64,000 nucleotides of DNA from Opitutia bacterium (GCA_947478395.1 CANJVR010000001.1:672001-736000); one strand, 5' to 3'. Numbered from the stretch's first letter, positions 9,737-19,860 are shown. The notes: generated by a model from the letters alone, not told the origin. Translations and numbers: made by a program.

Positions 9737-10287
9737 TTCGGATCGACCGGCGGCTTCGCGCCCGGTGCGGGAATATTTTTCTGCGCCGCTTCGGCGAGCG
9801 CGCGGAAGGTGAGTTGATTGCGCTCCTTCAGCCACTCGTCACGCCGAGCCTGAGTCTCGGTGAATTGAAACGGCGCATTGGGTTTCACGTCGTGGGTGAG
9901 CACCGGACGCGTCAGTCGAGGAATCGAGCGAAAGTAGAAACTCCCTCCCGAGCGCATCACCTCATAAAAATCGGAGTAACTCTTATTGTCGCCGTTCCAC
10001 ATCGCGACCTCGGTGATGTCGTTCGCCCATATCGCGGAGTCGCTCCATTCGGCGAACACGTTTTCGACCAGTGAGAGACGGGCCAGTGTCAGGGGTGGCG
10101 CCGCGGGCGGCGGAACGGGAGGGAGGAGTGGAGCGGCGGGCGGCGCGGGATGGGGCAACGCGAGCACGAACAACGCGCCCAGCACGAAGCCGAGCATCGC
10201 CCAAGAAGGTGCCATCGAAGGTTTCGCCCGCCGCAAGGGGCGCGCGTTTTCGTCCGGCACGTTTTCATCGCTCACGTCGTCACTCAT
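9733..10287 (-). CDS. Hypothetical single-pass membrane protein
   Basis: TM segment WAMLGFVLGALFVLAL, Pro-rich linker, globular C-terminus; translationally coupled in the acpS-nnr-dprA run. Confidence 0.75.
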   Translation of the reverse strand: MSDDVSDENVPDENARPLRRAKPSMAPSWAMLGFVLGALFVLALPHPAPPAAPLLPPVPPPAAPPLTLARLSLVENVFAEWSDSAIWANDITEVAMWNGDNKSYSDFYEVMRSGGSFYFRSIPRLTRPVLTHDVKPNAPFQFTETQARRDEWLKERNQLTFRALAEAAQKNIPAPGAKPPVDPK

Positions 10288-10296
10288 CGGGAAACG

Positions 10297-10716
10297 TTAG
10301 GCCGGAACTCCGTGCTTTACCAGTGCGGCCACGGCCATCGCGGCCGTGTCGGTGTGCGAGAGACTGACGAGAACGTGCGTGGCGCCGATGTGCGCGAGCA
10401 GGGCCTGCGCTTTTTCGTCAAGGCGCACGAGCGGCTCGGCTCGCTCACCGTGGTAGATCGACATGGACTTCCAACCTAGTTCGGCGCCGATACCGGTGGT
10501 GAACGTTTTCGAAATGGCCTCTTTGGCCGCCCAACGCGCTGCGTAGTGCTGATACGGATGGGGTTTCCCAGCGCAGTAGGCGCGTTCCTCGGCGGTAAAG
10601 ATACGATCGAGGAAACGTTCGCCGTGCCGCTCGAGCACCTCGCGAATGCGGTTCACCTCGACGATGTCGCATCCGAGACCGAGCAAAATGCCGCCGGGAG
10701 GGAGAGAAAGGTTCAT
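10297..10716 (-). CDS. acpS: Holo-[acyl-carrier-protein] synthase
   Basis: GLGCDIVEVNRI, RIFTAEE, AARWAAKEA, VSLSHT; downstream of pdxJ. Confidence 0.95.
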   Translation of the reverse strand: MNLSLPPGGILLGLGCDIVEVNRIREVLERHGERFLDRIFTAEERAYCAGKPHPYQHYAARWAAKEAISKTFTTGIGAELGWKSMSIYHGERAEPLVRLDEKAQALLAHIGATHVLVSLSHTDTAAMAVAALVKHGVPA

Positions 10717-10857
10717 CGATGAGAGCGACGAGTAGTGAGTAGCGAGTAGCGGACAGAAATCCAGCAAGGATCGCGCCCGCCAAGGTGGAGACGGTGCCTC
10801 CGCTCCCCGAGGTCGCAATGCCACCCTGAACGCCCGAGCGGATTAAATTTTCCCGTG

Positions 10858-10970
10858 GCCGTTGCGGGTAGCGGCCGTCGTCTCTGCCAGCCGGGTTCGG
10901 CCTCCTCGTTTCGGCCGGCATGGACACCTGCCGCGGCCTGGTTAGCCGCTACGCTTTTGGTTGAACCCTA
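10858..10970. repeat. ~110-bp REP-like palindromic element, copy 2
   Basis: gggtagcggccgtcgtctctgccagccgggttcggcctcctcgtttcggccggcatggacacctgccgcgg...gccgctacgcttttggttgaaccc. Confidence 0.75.
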
Positions 10971-11714
10971 CTAGCCGTTCATCCGAGCCCGCATTTCCCG
11001 CACCGCTTCCTCGATGCCGGTGAATAGGGCGCGACTGATGATGCTGTGGCCGATGTTGAGCTCGTGTAAATGGGGCAGCGTTCGCACCTCGGAAATGTTC
11101 ACGTAATTGATCCCGTGGCCGGCATTGACCACCAGGCCGCGGTCGTGCGCGTGAACGCAACCGAGCCGGAGACGCTGGAATTCCGCCGCGCGCTGGGACC
11201 CGTAGTACGCGTTGGCGTAGGCTCCGGTATGAAGTTCGACCCACGGCGCGCGTACCGCCGCGGATGCCTCGATGGCGGCTTCATCGGGATCGATGAACAA
11301 ACTCGTCACGATGCCGGCGGCCGTCATCGCGTCGACGCAGGCTCGAATTTTTTCCTTCTGCCCCACCACGTTGAGCCCGCCCTCGGTCGTGACCTCTTCA
11401 CGACTTTCGGGCACCAGGCAAACGGAGTCGGGTTTCAACTTCAGGGCGAAGTCGATCATCCAGGGCGTGCAGGCCATTTCCAAATTCAGCCGGGTAGAAA
11501 TCGTTTCGCGCGTGCGCCAGACATCGCGCTCCTGAATGTGGCGCCGGTCCTCGCGCAGATGAATCGTGATCCCATCGGCGCCCGCGCGTGCGCAGAGCAC
11601 GGCGAGAGCGACAGGATCGGGCTCGACCGCTTGGGCGACCGTCGCCGGAGCCTCGCGATAACGCGCCTGCCGTACGGTGGCACAATGGTCGATGTTGACG
11701 CCGAGAAGAAGCAT
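10971..11714 (-). CDS. pdxJ: Pyridoxine 5'-phosphate synthase
   Basis: [57 protein letters not shown]. Confidence 0.97.
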   Translation of the reverse strand: MLLLGVNIDHCATVRQARYREAPATVAQAVEPDPVALAVLCARAGADGITIHLREDRRHIQERDVWRTRETISTRLNLEMACTPWMIDFALKLKPDSVCLVPESREEVTTEGGLNVVGQKEKIRACVDAMTAAGIVTSLFIDPDEAAIEASAAVRAPWVELHTGAYANAYYGSQRAAEFQRLRLGCVHAHDRGLVVNAGHGINYVNISEVRTLPHLHELNIGHSIISRALFTGIEEAVREMRARMNG

Positions 11715-11874
11715 GGTGGAGGGAGAATAGACGGCAGAGGCCATAAATGGGCAGGATGAAATCCGATCCCACCGCCACCCACCAGCAGCAGAATCGCCAC
11801 CGGTCTCAATGGATCGGCGGCGACTTTTCGCGAACGGCGTTCAAATCGAACGCCGGCCGTGCGCCGCACGACGG

Positions 11875-12065
11875 TTACGGCTGTTCGTAGATTTCAATCA
11901 GGCCCGCAATGGAGCTGGGACGTGGTGCCGCCGGTGGTGGCGAGATGGGGCAGAGCCGTAAACGGCGCCGGACTGACGGTCTGAGCCGACACGCTGAGTA
12001 CGGTCAGGCCCACGCCTAGCGCTCGAAATGAAAACAGCCGAAGACGGCTACTTTTGCTGCGCAGA
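11875..12065 (-). pseudogene. Collapsed remnant of a secreted surface-protein gene (signal-peptide-like N-terminus plus C-terminal IEIYEQP tail)
   Basis: RSKSSRLRLFSFRALGVGLTVLSVSAQ in one frame; IAGLIEIYEQP-stop at 11910-11875 in another frame, resembling LVLIEIYDAGP-stop of 58812-62363. Confidence 0.55.
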
Positions 12066-12174
12066 AGAAACGGGATCGATGGCGCTTTTCGCCCGGGAGC
12101 GGCCAAGGCGAGGATTGTTAAATGCCGCGATTTAATTTCCGCTCTGACCCAATTACCGATAAATTCCTGATAAC

Positions 12175-12891
12175 ATGGCGCCTGCCAAAACCAAACCAGA
12201 GAACCTGATCGTCAATATTGTGTGCAATATTGTGGTGCCGACATTGGTGCTGCAAAAATTGAGCGGAGATAACCGGCTCGGGCCGCTCTTGGCGCTGGTG
12301 GTAGCGCTGATATTCCCCTTGGGCTACGGCGCATACGATTTTTTGCGGCGGCGCCGGACCAATTTTATTTCGGTGGTCGGTCTCCTGAGCGTGTTGCTGA
12401 CCGGCGGACTCGGTTTGATGAAACTCGATGGCTTTTGGTTCGCGGTCAAAGACGGCGCCCTGCCCGCCCTCATCGGCATCGCCGTCCTGGCATCGATGAA
12501 AGCCAAGGAGCCGGTGGTTCACGAGTTGATCTACAACCCGCAGGTCATCGACGTGGATCGCGTCGACGCCGCGCTCCGCGCCCGGGGTGCCCAGGCGGCC
12601 TTTGCCGAACTCATGCGGAAATCGAGCTATCTGATCGCAGCCGCGATGCTCATCAGCGGCGCGCTTAATTTCAGTTTCGCCCGGTTGATCATCCGGAGCG
12701 CTCCCGGCACTGAGGCGTTCAACCAGGAACTGGCCAAGATGCACTGGGTCAGTCTGCTGGGGCTGTCGCTGCCCTCGATGGCGATGATGATGTATGCGCT
12801 CTGGAAATTGCTGAAGGGACTCGAAGGCCTGAGTGGTTTGACGATGGATGAGATTCTCCGTCAGCCCCCCGAGAAGAAACCCGCCGCCTAA
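12175..12891 (+). CDS. Membrane protein, VC0807-like family
   Basis: ENLIVNIVCNIVVPTLVL, NFISVVGLLSVLLTGG, FWFAVKD, FNQELAKM; multiple TM helices. Confidence 0.8.
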   Translation: MAPAKTKPENLIVNIVCNIVVPTLVLQKLSGDNRLGPLLALVVALIFPLGYGAYDFLRRRRTNFISVVGLLSVLLTGGLGLMKLDGFWFAVKDGALPALIGIAVLASMKAKEPVVHELIYNPQVIDVDRVDAALRARGAQAAFAELMRKSSYLIAAAMLISGALNFSFARLIIRSAPGTEAFNQELAKMHWVSLLGLSLPSMAMMMYALWKLLKGLEGLSGLTMDEILRQPPEKKPAA

Positions 12892-13002
12892 GCAGTTTCA
12901 CCCAAAGTGTCACCGCCAACGCCGTAGCAGCAGGCGTCCCTGCCGGCCGAAAAGAGGGCGCCGAACCCGGCAGGCCGAGACGCCTGCCGCGACCCAAAAC
13001 GG
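12892..13002. repeat. ~110-bp REP-like palindromic element, copy 3 (inverted relative to copies 1 and 2)
   Basis: gtagcagcaggcgtccctgccggccgaaaagagggcgccgaacccggcaggccgagacgcctgccgcgaccc. Confidence 0.8.
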
Positions 13003-13066
13003 CCAAGGAAAAACTCAAACCGCCCCAGCTAAATCGAGCCGCGACGCGACCTCAGTCGCTCCGCCC

Positions 13067-14365
13067 TCAAGCCCGCTGTCCGATCGGCAAGTATTCCCGT
13101 TTCACCGGACCAGCATAGATCTGGCGCGGCCGATAAATACGACCTTTCGGATTCGCGGCGACTTCGCGCCAGTTTGCGATCCAGCCCGGGGAGCGGCCAA
13201 TGGCGAAAATAACCGTGAACATGTTCACCGGAATTCCGAGTGCGCGCATAATGATGCCGCTGTAGAAATCGACGTTCGGGTAAAGTTTGCGGGCGAGAAA
13301 ATACTCATCCTTCAATGCCGCCTGCTCGAGGTTTTTGGCGATCGCGAGCAGCGGGTCGTTGATCCCGAGTTTAGCGAGGACATCATCACAGGCCTTGCCG
13401 ATGATCTTCGCGCGGGGATCGAAGTTCTTGTAGACCGCGTGGCCGAAGCCCATCAAGCGGTTCGATTTGCTGCCCGATTTCGCCGCCGCGATGAAGCGCG
13501 TGCCATCGTCGCCTTCGGCATGGATGGACTCGAGCATTTGCATGACGGCCGTGTTCGCCCCGCCATGCAGCGGGCCGGAGAGCGCACAGATGCCGGCCGA
13601 GAGCGAAGTAAACAAATTGGCCGCACTGGAGCCGACCATGCGCACCGTCGACGTCGAGCAATTCTGCTCGTGATCGGCGTGGAGCAGAAGGAGGAGATTG
13701 AGCGCCTTCGCGATCTCCGGCTCCGCCACGTAATCTTTGTACGGCTCCGAAAACATCATGTGCAGGAAGTTTTCGCAGAACGGCAGCTCCTGCTTCGGAA
13801 AAATATAAGGCAGGCCTTTTTGGTAGCGATAGATCATCGCCCCAATGGTGCGGATTTTCGAGATCGCCATCGCCGCGGCCAGGTCGAAATTATTCAAGTC
13901 TTTCTCAAAACTGTTCGTCGCGAGATGCGGGTAGTGGGCGGCGAGTGAGGCGACGATCGAGGATAACATCGCCATCGGCGGCGCGTCTTTGGGAAAGCCC
14001 TCAAAAATCCGCTGCATCTGCGTTTCGACCGCGGCATTCTGCCGCAGCCGCAGCCCGAATTCCTTGCGTTGAGCCGCATTCGGCAGTTCGCCGTAAATGA
14101 CCAAGTACGCCGTCTCGACGTAATCGCTCTGCGCCGCCAGCTGCTCGATCGGATAACCGCGATGACGCAGGATGCCGCTTTCGCCGTCGAGATAAGTGAT
14201 CTGACTTTCGCACGAGCCGGTGTTGCCGTAGCCTTGGTCGTAAGCGATGTAGCCCGAGGCCGTGCGCAGCGCGCGGGTATCGACCGCCCTCTCACCCTCG
14301 GTGCCGACGATCACGGGTAGGGGGTATTCTTTATCGTCGATTTTCAGCGAGGCATTGGTGGCCAT
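13067..14365 (-). CDS. gltA: Citrate synthase
   Basis: [56 protein letters not shown]. Confidence 0.97.
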   Translation of the reverse strand: MATNASLKIDDKEYPLPVIVGTEGERAVDTRALRTASGYIAYDQGYGNTGSCESQITYLDGESGILRHRGYPIEQLAAQSDYVETAYLVIYGELPNAAQRKEFGLRLRQNAAVETQMQRIFEGFPKDAPPMAMLSSIVASLAAHYPHLATNSFEKDLNNFDLAAAMAISKIRTIGAMIYRYQKGLPYIFPKQELPFCENFLHMMFSEPYKDYVAEPEIAKALNLLLLLHADHEQNCSTSTVRMVGSSAANLFTSLSAGICALSGPLHGGANTAVMQMLESIHAEGDDGTRFIAAAKSGSKSNRLMGFGHAVYKNFDPRAKIIGKACDDVLAKLGINDPLLAIAKNLEQAALKDEYFLARKLYPNVDFYSGIIMRALGIPVNMFTVIFAIGRSPGWIANWREVAANPKGRIYRPRQIYAGPVKREYLPIGQRA

Positions 14366-14460
14366 TTCCGCCGAGGGAAACTAAAACCAGACGGCTTGCA
14401 AAACAAAGATCGTCCACGCCCGTACGGCCGCCCGGAAATAAGGTCAGGCCTCGGCTGCTA

Positions 14461-14482
14461 TAAAAAAACCGCGAGGCGGTTT
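14461..14482 (-). terminator. Probable intrinsic terminator
   Basis: Minus strand aaaccgc-ctc-gcggttt continuing into a T-run. Confidence 0.6.
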
Positions 14483-14804
14483 CAGACCGCAATCCTTCGG
14501 CTCAGCTTGCGCGTGGAAGTAAAACAAAAGGAGAACCGCTGATCGGATTTTCCCAACGGGAAAAATCTTTGACCGGCGGCTTCCGCTGATCGGCCGGCGT
14601 ATCGAGCCCGTGGCGTCCGCCCGTCGCAGTCGATTTTACCCAGGCTAAAATCGACCAAGATCACCCGCCGCGCTCATTAGATCCGAAGGCGATGAGCCGC
14701 AGAGATTTTGTCGGCTCGCCCATTGGCGAATCCCATTAGCGTTTCAATTTCCCCAGGTGTATTTCGGAATCAAACCCTGGCTGCTACCGCGCCCCGAGAT
14801 AAAT

Positions 14805-15443
14805 TCACGCTCCGGCCGCGACCGCCGCAAAATTCCCATAGATCTGCAGGCCCTTTGCCTGGCTTTTTTCCGGGTGAAACTGCGTGGCGAACATCCGGCC
14901 CCGTCCGACGGCCGCGCAAAAAACTCCGCCGTAGTCGCACTCTCCGAGCACCAGCGCCGGATCCGTCGGAACGCAGTGAAAACTATGTACGAAATAAAAT
15001 GCCTCACGATCCACCGCGAGCCCGGCCGCCAGCGGCGAACGCGGCTGCACAAAGCGCACCGTGTTCCAGCCCATATGCGGAATCTTGAATTCGGGCGGAC
15101 GGCGAAATCGCTGCACCTTGCCGGGCAAAATTCCGAGGCCCGTGACGTCGCCCTCCTCGGAATGCTCGAACAGCGCCTGCATGCCGAGGCAAACCCCGAG
15201 GAACGGCCGGTCCGCCGCGATCCACTCGCGCACCGTCGCATCGAGTCGCGTCGCGCGCAGCGCCGCGACGCAATCGCGCAGCGCGCCGACGCCGGGCAGC
15301 ACCAGTCCGGTCGCCCCACTCGCCGCCACGTCCGCCGGTGTATGCACCACGCGCGGCGCAGCACCGACGGCCTCAAGGGCCTTCGTGACGCTGCGCAGAT
15401 TGCAGATTCCGTTGTCGATAACGGCGATGACGGGAGCAGACAT
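14805..15443 (-). CDS. hisH: Imidazole glycerol phosphate synthase subunit HisH
   Basis: NLRSV, LPGVGA, GVCLGMQALF, KIPHMGWN, FYFVHS, QFHPEKS. Confidence 0.96.
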   Translation of the reverse strand: MSAPVIAVIDNGICNLRSVTKALEAVGAAPRVVHTPADVAASGATGLVLPGVGALRDCVAALRATRLDATVREWIAADRPFLGVCLGMQALFEHSEEGDVTGLGILPGKVQRFRRPPEFKIPHMGWNTVRFVQPRSPLAAGLAVDREAFYFVHSFHCVPTDPALVLGECDYGGVFCAAVGRGRMFATQFHPEKSQAKGLQIYGNFAAVAAGA

Positions 15444-15546
15444 GGCGCGCCAACGTAGCGCTCCCCGCGCCCGGCGCTAGTCCGAAAATTTTGGCCGAAG
15501 GCACCTCATATGCTCAGCCAAAATCAGGTCGAGTTAACCGCGCATC

Positions 15547-15957
15547 GTGCCGCCCACGCCCACCCGAACTATTTTCCCCGCCGCCTTCCCGCGGGCCGCG
15601 TCCGCAATCGGCCGGGGCGCTACCCCCGCGCTCGCCCCCAGGCCCTCGCCGTACACCGGCCAGCCCGCGCTCAACGACGGCGCCACGCTTATCAGCCGCA
15701 ACGAAAACCCGTTCAACGTTTCGCCCGAGGCAGCGGAGCGGGCGAAGGCCACCATCGAGGCCACGAATTATTACAGCCCCAACGATGTCGCCAAACCCGC
15801 AGCGGTGCTCGTGGAGAAAAAGGGCGTGCCCAGGATTTATATTTTGCCCACGTCCGGCTGCGGTCCGGTTTTAATGCTGACCGCCTGGGCCGACCCGAAA
15901 CTCGGCGTGAGCGTTGTCACCGTCGCCCTGCGATTCTTCACGGGAGCTCTACCCTGA
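15547..15957 (+). pseudogene. Degraded N-terminal fragment of a HisC-like (class I/II) PLP aminotransferase
   Basis: LISRNENPFNVSPEA...NYYS...EKKGVPRIYILPTSGCGPVL resembles the HisC-family N-terminus (NENP...NRY...GV...I...GS); it stops long before the NPxNP and PLP-Lys motifs. Confidence 0.55.
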
Positions 15958-16115
15958 TCATTGGGGCCACTGGTCGCCGCTGTCGGTCGGGCTGGCGCTC
16001 AAATTTGTCGGCGGCGCGACGCCCGCGTTGCAGGCCGCTGCGACTCGGTCCCCAAAACGAGCGACGCCGGACGGGCACGTTAAGGATCACGCGCCCTGCC
16101 TGGTGAAAATGCCCG

Positions 16116-17006
16116 TTAGCCTTGCTGCTTCTTGAAAAATTCCAGCGTGCGTTTCCACGAAAGTTCAGCCGCCGTTTTGTCGAAACGTGGGGTCGTGTCG
16201 TTGTGAAAGCCGTGGTTCACCTCAGGATAAATATGCACCTGGTACGACACGGAGGCCGCCTTCAAAGCGGCTTCGTAAGCCGGCCAGCCGGCATTCACGC
16301 GCGTGTCCAATCCCGCGTAGTGCAGCAAGAGCGCGCCCTTGATTTTCGCTGCGTTCTCCGGCGACGGTTGGCCGCCATAATAGGGCGCGGACGCCTTGAC
16401 GATTTCGGGCAGGCGCCACGCGAGCGTGTTAGCCATCCCGCCGCCGAAGCAGAATCCCGTGACGGCCATGAAGCCGTTGCAGTCGGCGTGCGTGTGCAGG
16501 AATTGGGTGGCAGCGACGAAATCCTCGGTGATCTTTTTCCCGTCGAGCTTCCGTTGCATCGCAACGCCTTCCTCGTCGGTGCCGGGATAGCCGCCGAGCG
16601 GATAGAGGGCGTCGGGCGCGAATGCCACGTAGCCTTCGAGCGCGAGTCGGCGCGCGACGTCCTCGATGTAGGGATTCAGCCCACGGTTTTCGTGCACGAC
16701 AATGACCCCGGGAAGCTTCCCTTTGGCCGCGCTGGGTTTGGCAAAAAGACCGCGCATTTCACCACTGCCGTCGGGCGAAGCGTATTTCACGTACTCGGAC
16801 TTAACCCGGGCGTCTTCCTTTGGCACTTGAACAGCCAAGGCATAATTGGGGCTCATCATCTCGAGCAACGCCACCGCCGTCAGTCCGCCGACGGCGAACT
16901 TCGCCGCCCGTTCGAGAAATGTCCGGCGGTCGATGTGCCCGTGGGCATAAAAATCGTAGAGATAAAGCAGCTCCTGATCGAATTCCTGGGCGGTCTTGCG
17001 TTCCAT
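16116..17006 (-). CDS. Dienelactone hydrolase family protein (YghX-like)
   Basis: YDFYAHGHIDRRTFL, VVHENRGLNPYIEDVARR, GFCFGG nucleophile elbow, HGFHNDTTPR. Confidence 0.93.
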   Translation of the reverse strand: MERKTAQEFDQELLYLYDFYAHGHIDRRTFLERAAKFAVGGLTAVALLEMMSPNYALAVQVPKEDARVKSEYVKYASPDGSGEMRGLFAKPSAAKGKLPGVIVVHENRGLNPYIEDVARRLALEGYVAFAPDALYPLGGYPGTDEEGVAMQRKLDGKKITEDFVAATQFLHTHADCNGFMAVTGFCFGGGMANTLAWRLPEIVKASAPYYGGQPSPENAAKIKGALLLHYAGLDTRVNAGWPAYEAALKAASVSYQVHIYPEVNHGFHNDTTPRFDKTAAELSWKRTLEFFKKQQG

Positions 17007-17224
17007 GGTCGGTACAGCGATTGGGGTTGGAGAAGCAGTCGGGACGGCTAAGAAACAGCCGCCCGCGCGATCGCAGTCAAACGGGAATCGAAACGGTTAA
17101 GGACGTTAACGCCGGGACCCTTCTGAAGTTGGGAAAACGCGGGCTGGGTCCCCCTCACCCCGCATGAGCGCAACATCATCTGCGCCGTCGCGGTGGAGTG
17201 GATGCACCCGCCTCAATCCCTTTT

Positions 17225-18253
17225 CTACCCCGCGCTCGATGTCGCCCAGAGGTTGATGTCGCCGTCCTTCGCGTACCGGTCAATCGCCACGAGCTCATCG
17301 GTCGAGAAATTGAGATTCTGTAAAGCGCCCACGCAGTCGTCGACCTGCGCGACCTTACTCGCACCGATCAATGCGGACGTCACCTGCGGACTCCGCAACA
17401 CCCACGCGATCGCCATCTGCGCCAGCGTCTGGCCGCGGGCTTGCGCGAGATCGTTTAGGGCGCGGATGTTCGCCAGATTTTCCGCGGAGAGCAGCGTCGG
17501 ACTGAGCGAGCTATTCGCCTTCATGCGACTATCCGCCGGCTGGCCGGCGAGGTACTTGGTCGTCAACATCCCCTGTGCCAGCGGCGAGAATGCGATGCAG
17601 CCGATGCCCTGCGCTTCCAGCGTCGGCAAAAGTCCGTCGCTCTCGACCCAGCGATTCAGCATCGAGTAACTCGGCTGATGAATCAGGCAACGGTGGCCGA
17701 ATTCCTTGAGCAACGCTTGAGCCTCCTGCGTGCGGCGGCTGTTGTAGGACGAGACGCCGACGTACAGCGCCTTCCCGGACTCCAGCGCTTTGGCCAATGC
17801 GCCCATGGTTTCATCGAGCGGTGTAGCCGGATCGAAACGGTGCGAATAAAAAATATCCACGTAATCGAGACCCATGCGTTGAAGGCTCTGGTCGAGGCTC
17901 GCGGTGAGATATTTCCGACTGCCCCACTCGCCGTACGGGCCCGGCCACATCCGGTAGCCGGCTTTGGTGGAGATGATGAGTTCGTCACGCAGTCCGGCGA
18001 AATCAGTGCGCAGAATTTCACCGAAGTTGCGCTCGGCCGATCCGGCGGGCGGTCCGTAATTGTTCGCGAGATCGAAATGCGTGATGCCCAGGTCGAAGGC
18101 CCGGCGGCACATCGCCCGCGTATTTTCGGTCGGCGCCGTTCCGCCGAAATTGTGCCACAAGCCGAGCGAAAGTGCGGGCAGCTTGAGCCCACTCTTTCCA
18201 CACGTGCGATAGATCATCGATCCGTAACGATTCTCGGCGGGGCTATAACTCAT
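17225..18253 (-). CDS. Aldo/keto reductase, L-glyceraldehyde-3-phosphate reductase (YghZ/MgrA) type
   Basis: SGLKLPALSLGLWHNFG, FDLANNYGPP, ISTKAGY, DIFYSHR, IHQPSYSMLNRW. Confidence 0.93.
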   Translation of the reverse strand: MSYSPAENRYGSMIYRTCGKSGLKLPALSLGLWHNFGGTAPTENTRAMCRRAFDLGITHFDLANNYGPPAGSAERNFGEILRTDFAGLRDELIISTKAGYRMWPGPYGEWGSRKYLTASLDQSLQRMGLDYVDIFYSHRFDPATPLDETMGALAKALESGKALYVGVSSYNSRRTQEAQALLKEFGHRCLIHQPSYSMLNRWVESDGLLPTLEAQGIGCIAFSPLAQGMLTTKYLAGQPADSRMKANSSLSPTLLSAENLANIRALNDLAQARGQTLAQMAIAWVLRSPQVTSALIGASKVAQVDDCVGALQNLNFSTDELVAIDRYAKDGDINLWATSSAG

Positions 18254-18750
18254 AGCCGTCACGTATCGCGCGACTCCGGTGGCCCAACAAGCCTGTTTCA
18301 GCCAGCCGGTCCAGACCCGCGCCGCCCATTCGATGTGACGACTCCATCCGCGCTGAAATAAATTCCCGCGAAAGGCCGAGCGAAACCTATTGCGTTACCC
18401 TCGGCCGACGTGACGCCACGCGGCGCTTTGCGGGCCACAAAATTTTTCCGGGGTTGCGGAGCGGCTATAGTTCATCCGCCGCCGCGGCACGATTTTGCCG
18501 GCAAGGGCTGCGCGCCAACGGGCGGACCCCTCGCGCTCGGGGCGAAACGCACGGGCCGATCGAGGAGTCGCCGGGACTCGTGTCGCCGCAGCAAGAATAC
18601 GAACGTCGCACCATGACGCGATGCGTCCATCCGGGAAACGTTTCCAGCGACGCGCGATCAAAGCTGCCCCGCGTCGCTTCAGCGACCCGGTCTATCCACC
18701 GCTCGAGTATCAATTCCACGCTGAACCCACCACCAGGATCAGACTCGCAC

Positions 18751-19668
18751 TCAAGGTTCGAGCCCCAGCAGGCGAGCCGGATTTCGCCGCACCATTAAAT
18801 CCACTTCGCGGTCCGTCAGGCCTCCGGTCTTGAGCGCGGAGATAAACGTCCGCAGCCCGTCCGTGTGCAGTGGCGCGTTTGTCTGGCCCATGTCCGAAGA
18901 CACGAGAAAGTGCTCCGCGCCGACCGCCTGCACTGCGCTTACACAATCGCTGACGGGAACGCCCTGTCCAACTGGCGCAGGCAGATGCGTCAACCAGGTG
19001 AATTCCATCACAACGCCCAATGCGGCCAGCTGTTTCATTTGCTCGAGTGCGGCCCGTGTCGTATCGGACAGCACATGCGTCGCCAGCAGCCGCTTGACCC
19101 CCGCGGCCCGCGCCGCCTTGAAAATAATCAGGGCTTCCTCCGCGGACGAGTGGCCCGACGCTAGGATAAGATCGTTAGCCGCGATCACTTCGAAAATCTC
19201 CTTCAATGCCGGCACCGGTTGCCCATCTTTCACCACGGAGACGAACGGGCGGGCCGCTTTTGAAAAGCGCACTTGGTTTTCCGCGTCGAACGTCGGAAGC
19301 CAGACGATTTTTCCACGGTGTCCTTCGATCTGAATCATTCGCTGCACGGCTTCCGCGTTGAGCCCGCCGTTGGAAAAATTCAGCACCACGCCACCAAAAA
19401 CATCGATGCCGCCGACCTCCTGCATGGCCAGTTGCGCGAGGGCTGCGGTACCGAGGAAATGATTTTTCAACACCACCCCGCGCATACCCGCCGCGCGCGC
19501 CTGCCGCACCACGGCAAAGCTGTTCAGCGAACGGCCCACGGTGTCCGGTCCCGAATGACTGTGAAAATCCACGACGCCGGCCAGCACGTTGGCTTCCACA
19601 GGAGCATCCGCCGCGCGCAAAGAGACGCCGGCCAGCAACGAAATAAAGAGGGGGAAAAAGAATCGCAT
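18751..19668 (-). CDS. Secreted amidohydrolase-fold metalloprotein (DUF6282-like)
   Basis: Signal peptide; DFHSHSGPD, VLKNH, GGLNAEAV, WLPT, ASGH, ATH, SSDMGQ metal-ligand pattern. Confidence 0.8.
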   Translation of the reverse strand: MRFFFPLFISLLAGVSLRAADAPVEANVLAGVVDFHSHSGPDTVGRSLNSFAVVRQARAAGMRGVVLKNHFLGTAALAQLAMQEVGGIDVFGGVVLNFSNGGLNAEAVQRMIQIEGHRGKIVWLPTFDAENQVRFSKAARPFVSVVKDGQPVPALKEIFEVIAANDLILASGHSSAEEALIIFKAARAAGVKRLLATHVLSDTTRAALEQMKQLAALGVVMEFTWLTHLPAPVGQGVPVSDCVSAVQAVGAEHFLVSSDMGQTNAPLHTDGLRTFISALKTGGLTDREVDLMVRRNPARLLGLEP

Positions 19669-19860
19669 CGCGGGGTTGCAGGAGCTTCGTGGCCGAGGGC
19701 CCACACGCAAGATCGGGCGATCGATCCCCGTCGGGATCCATCCATCACCGCATCGCGCCGCGCGGGCAATGCTTCGCAGAACGCTACAAGTAAACAATCT
19801 GCACCCGGTAATGTCGCCGGGCTTCAACGGCCATTAACCGCGTTTCCCCTCCGGCTCCTC

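Noticed and set aside
16116..18253. YghX-like hydrolase next to a YghZ-like reductase, recalling their proximity in E. coli
   Set aside because: They are 218 bp apart with no evidence of a functional link, so this may be coincidence.
18254..18750. Short ORFs in a 500-bp spacer
   Set aside because: No recognisable motifs or coding-like composition.
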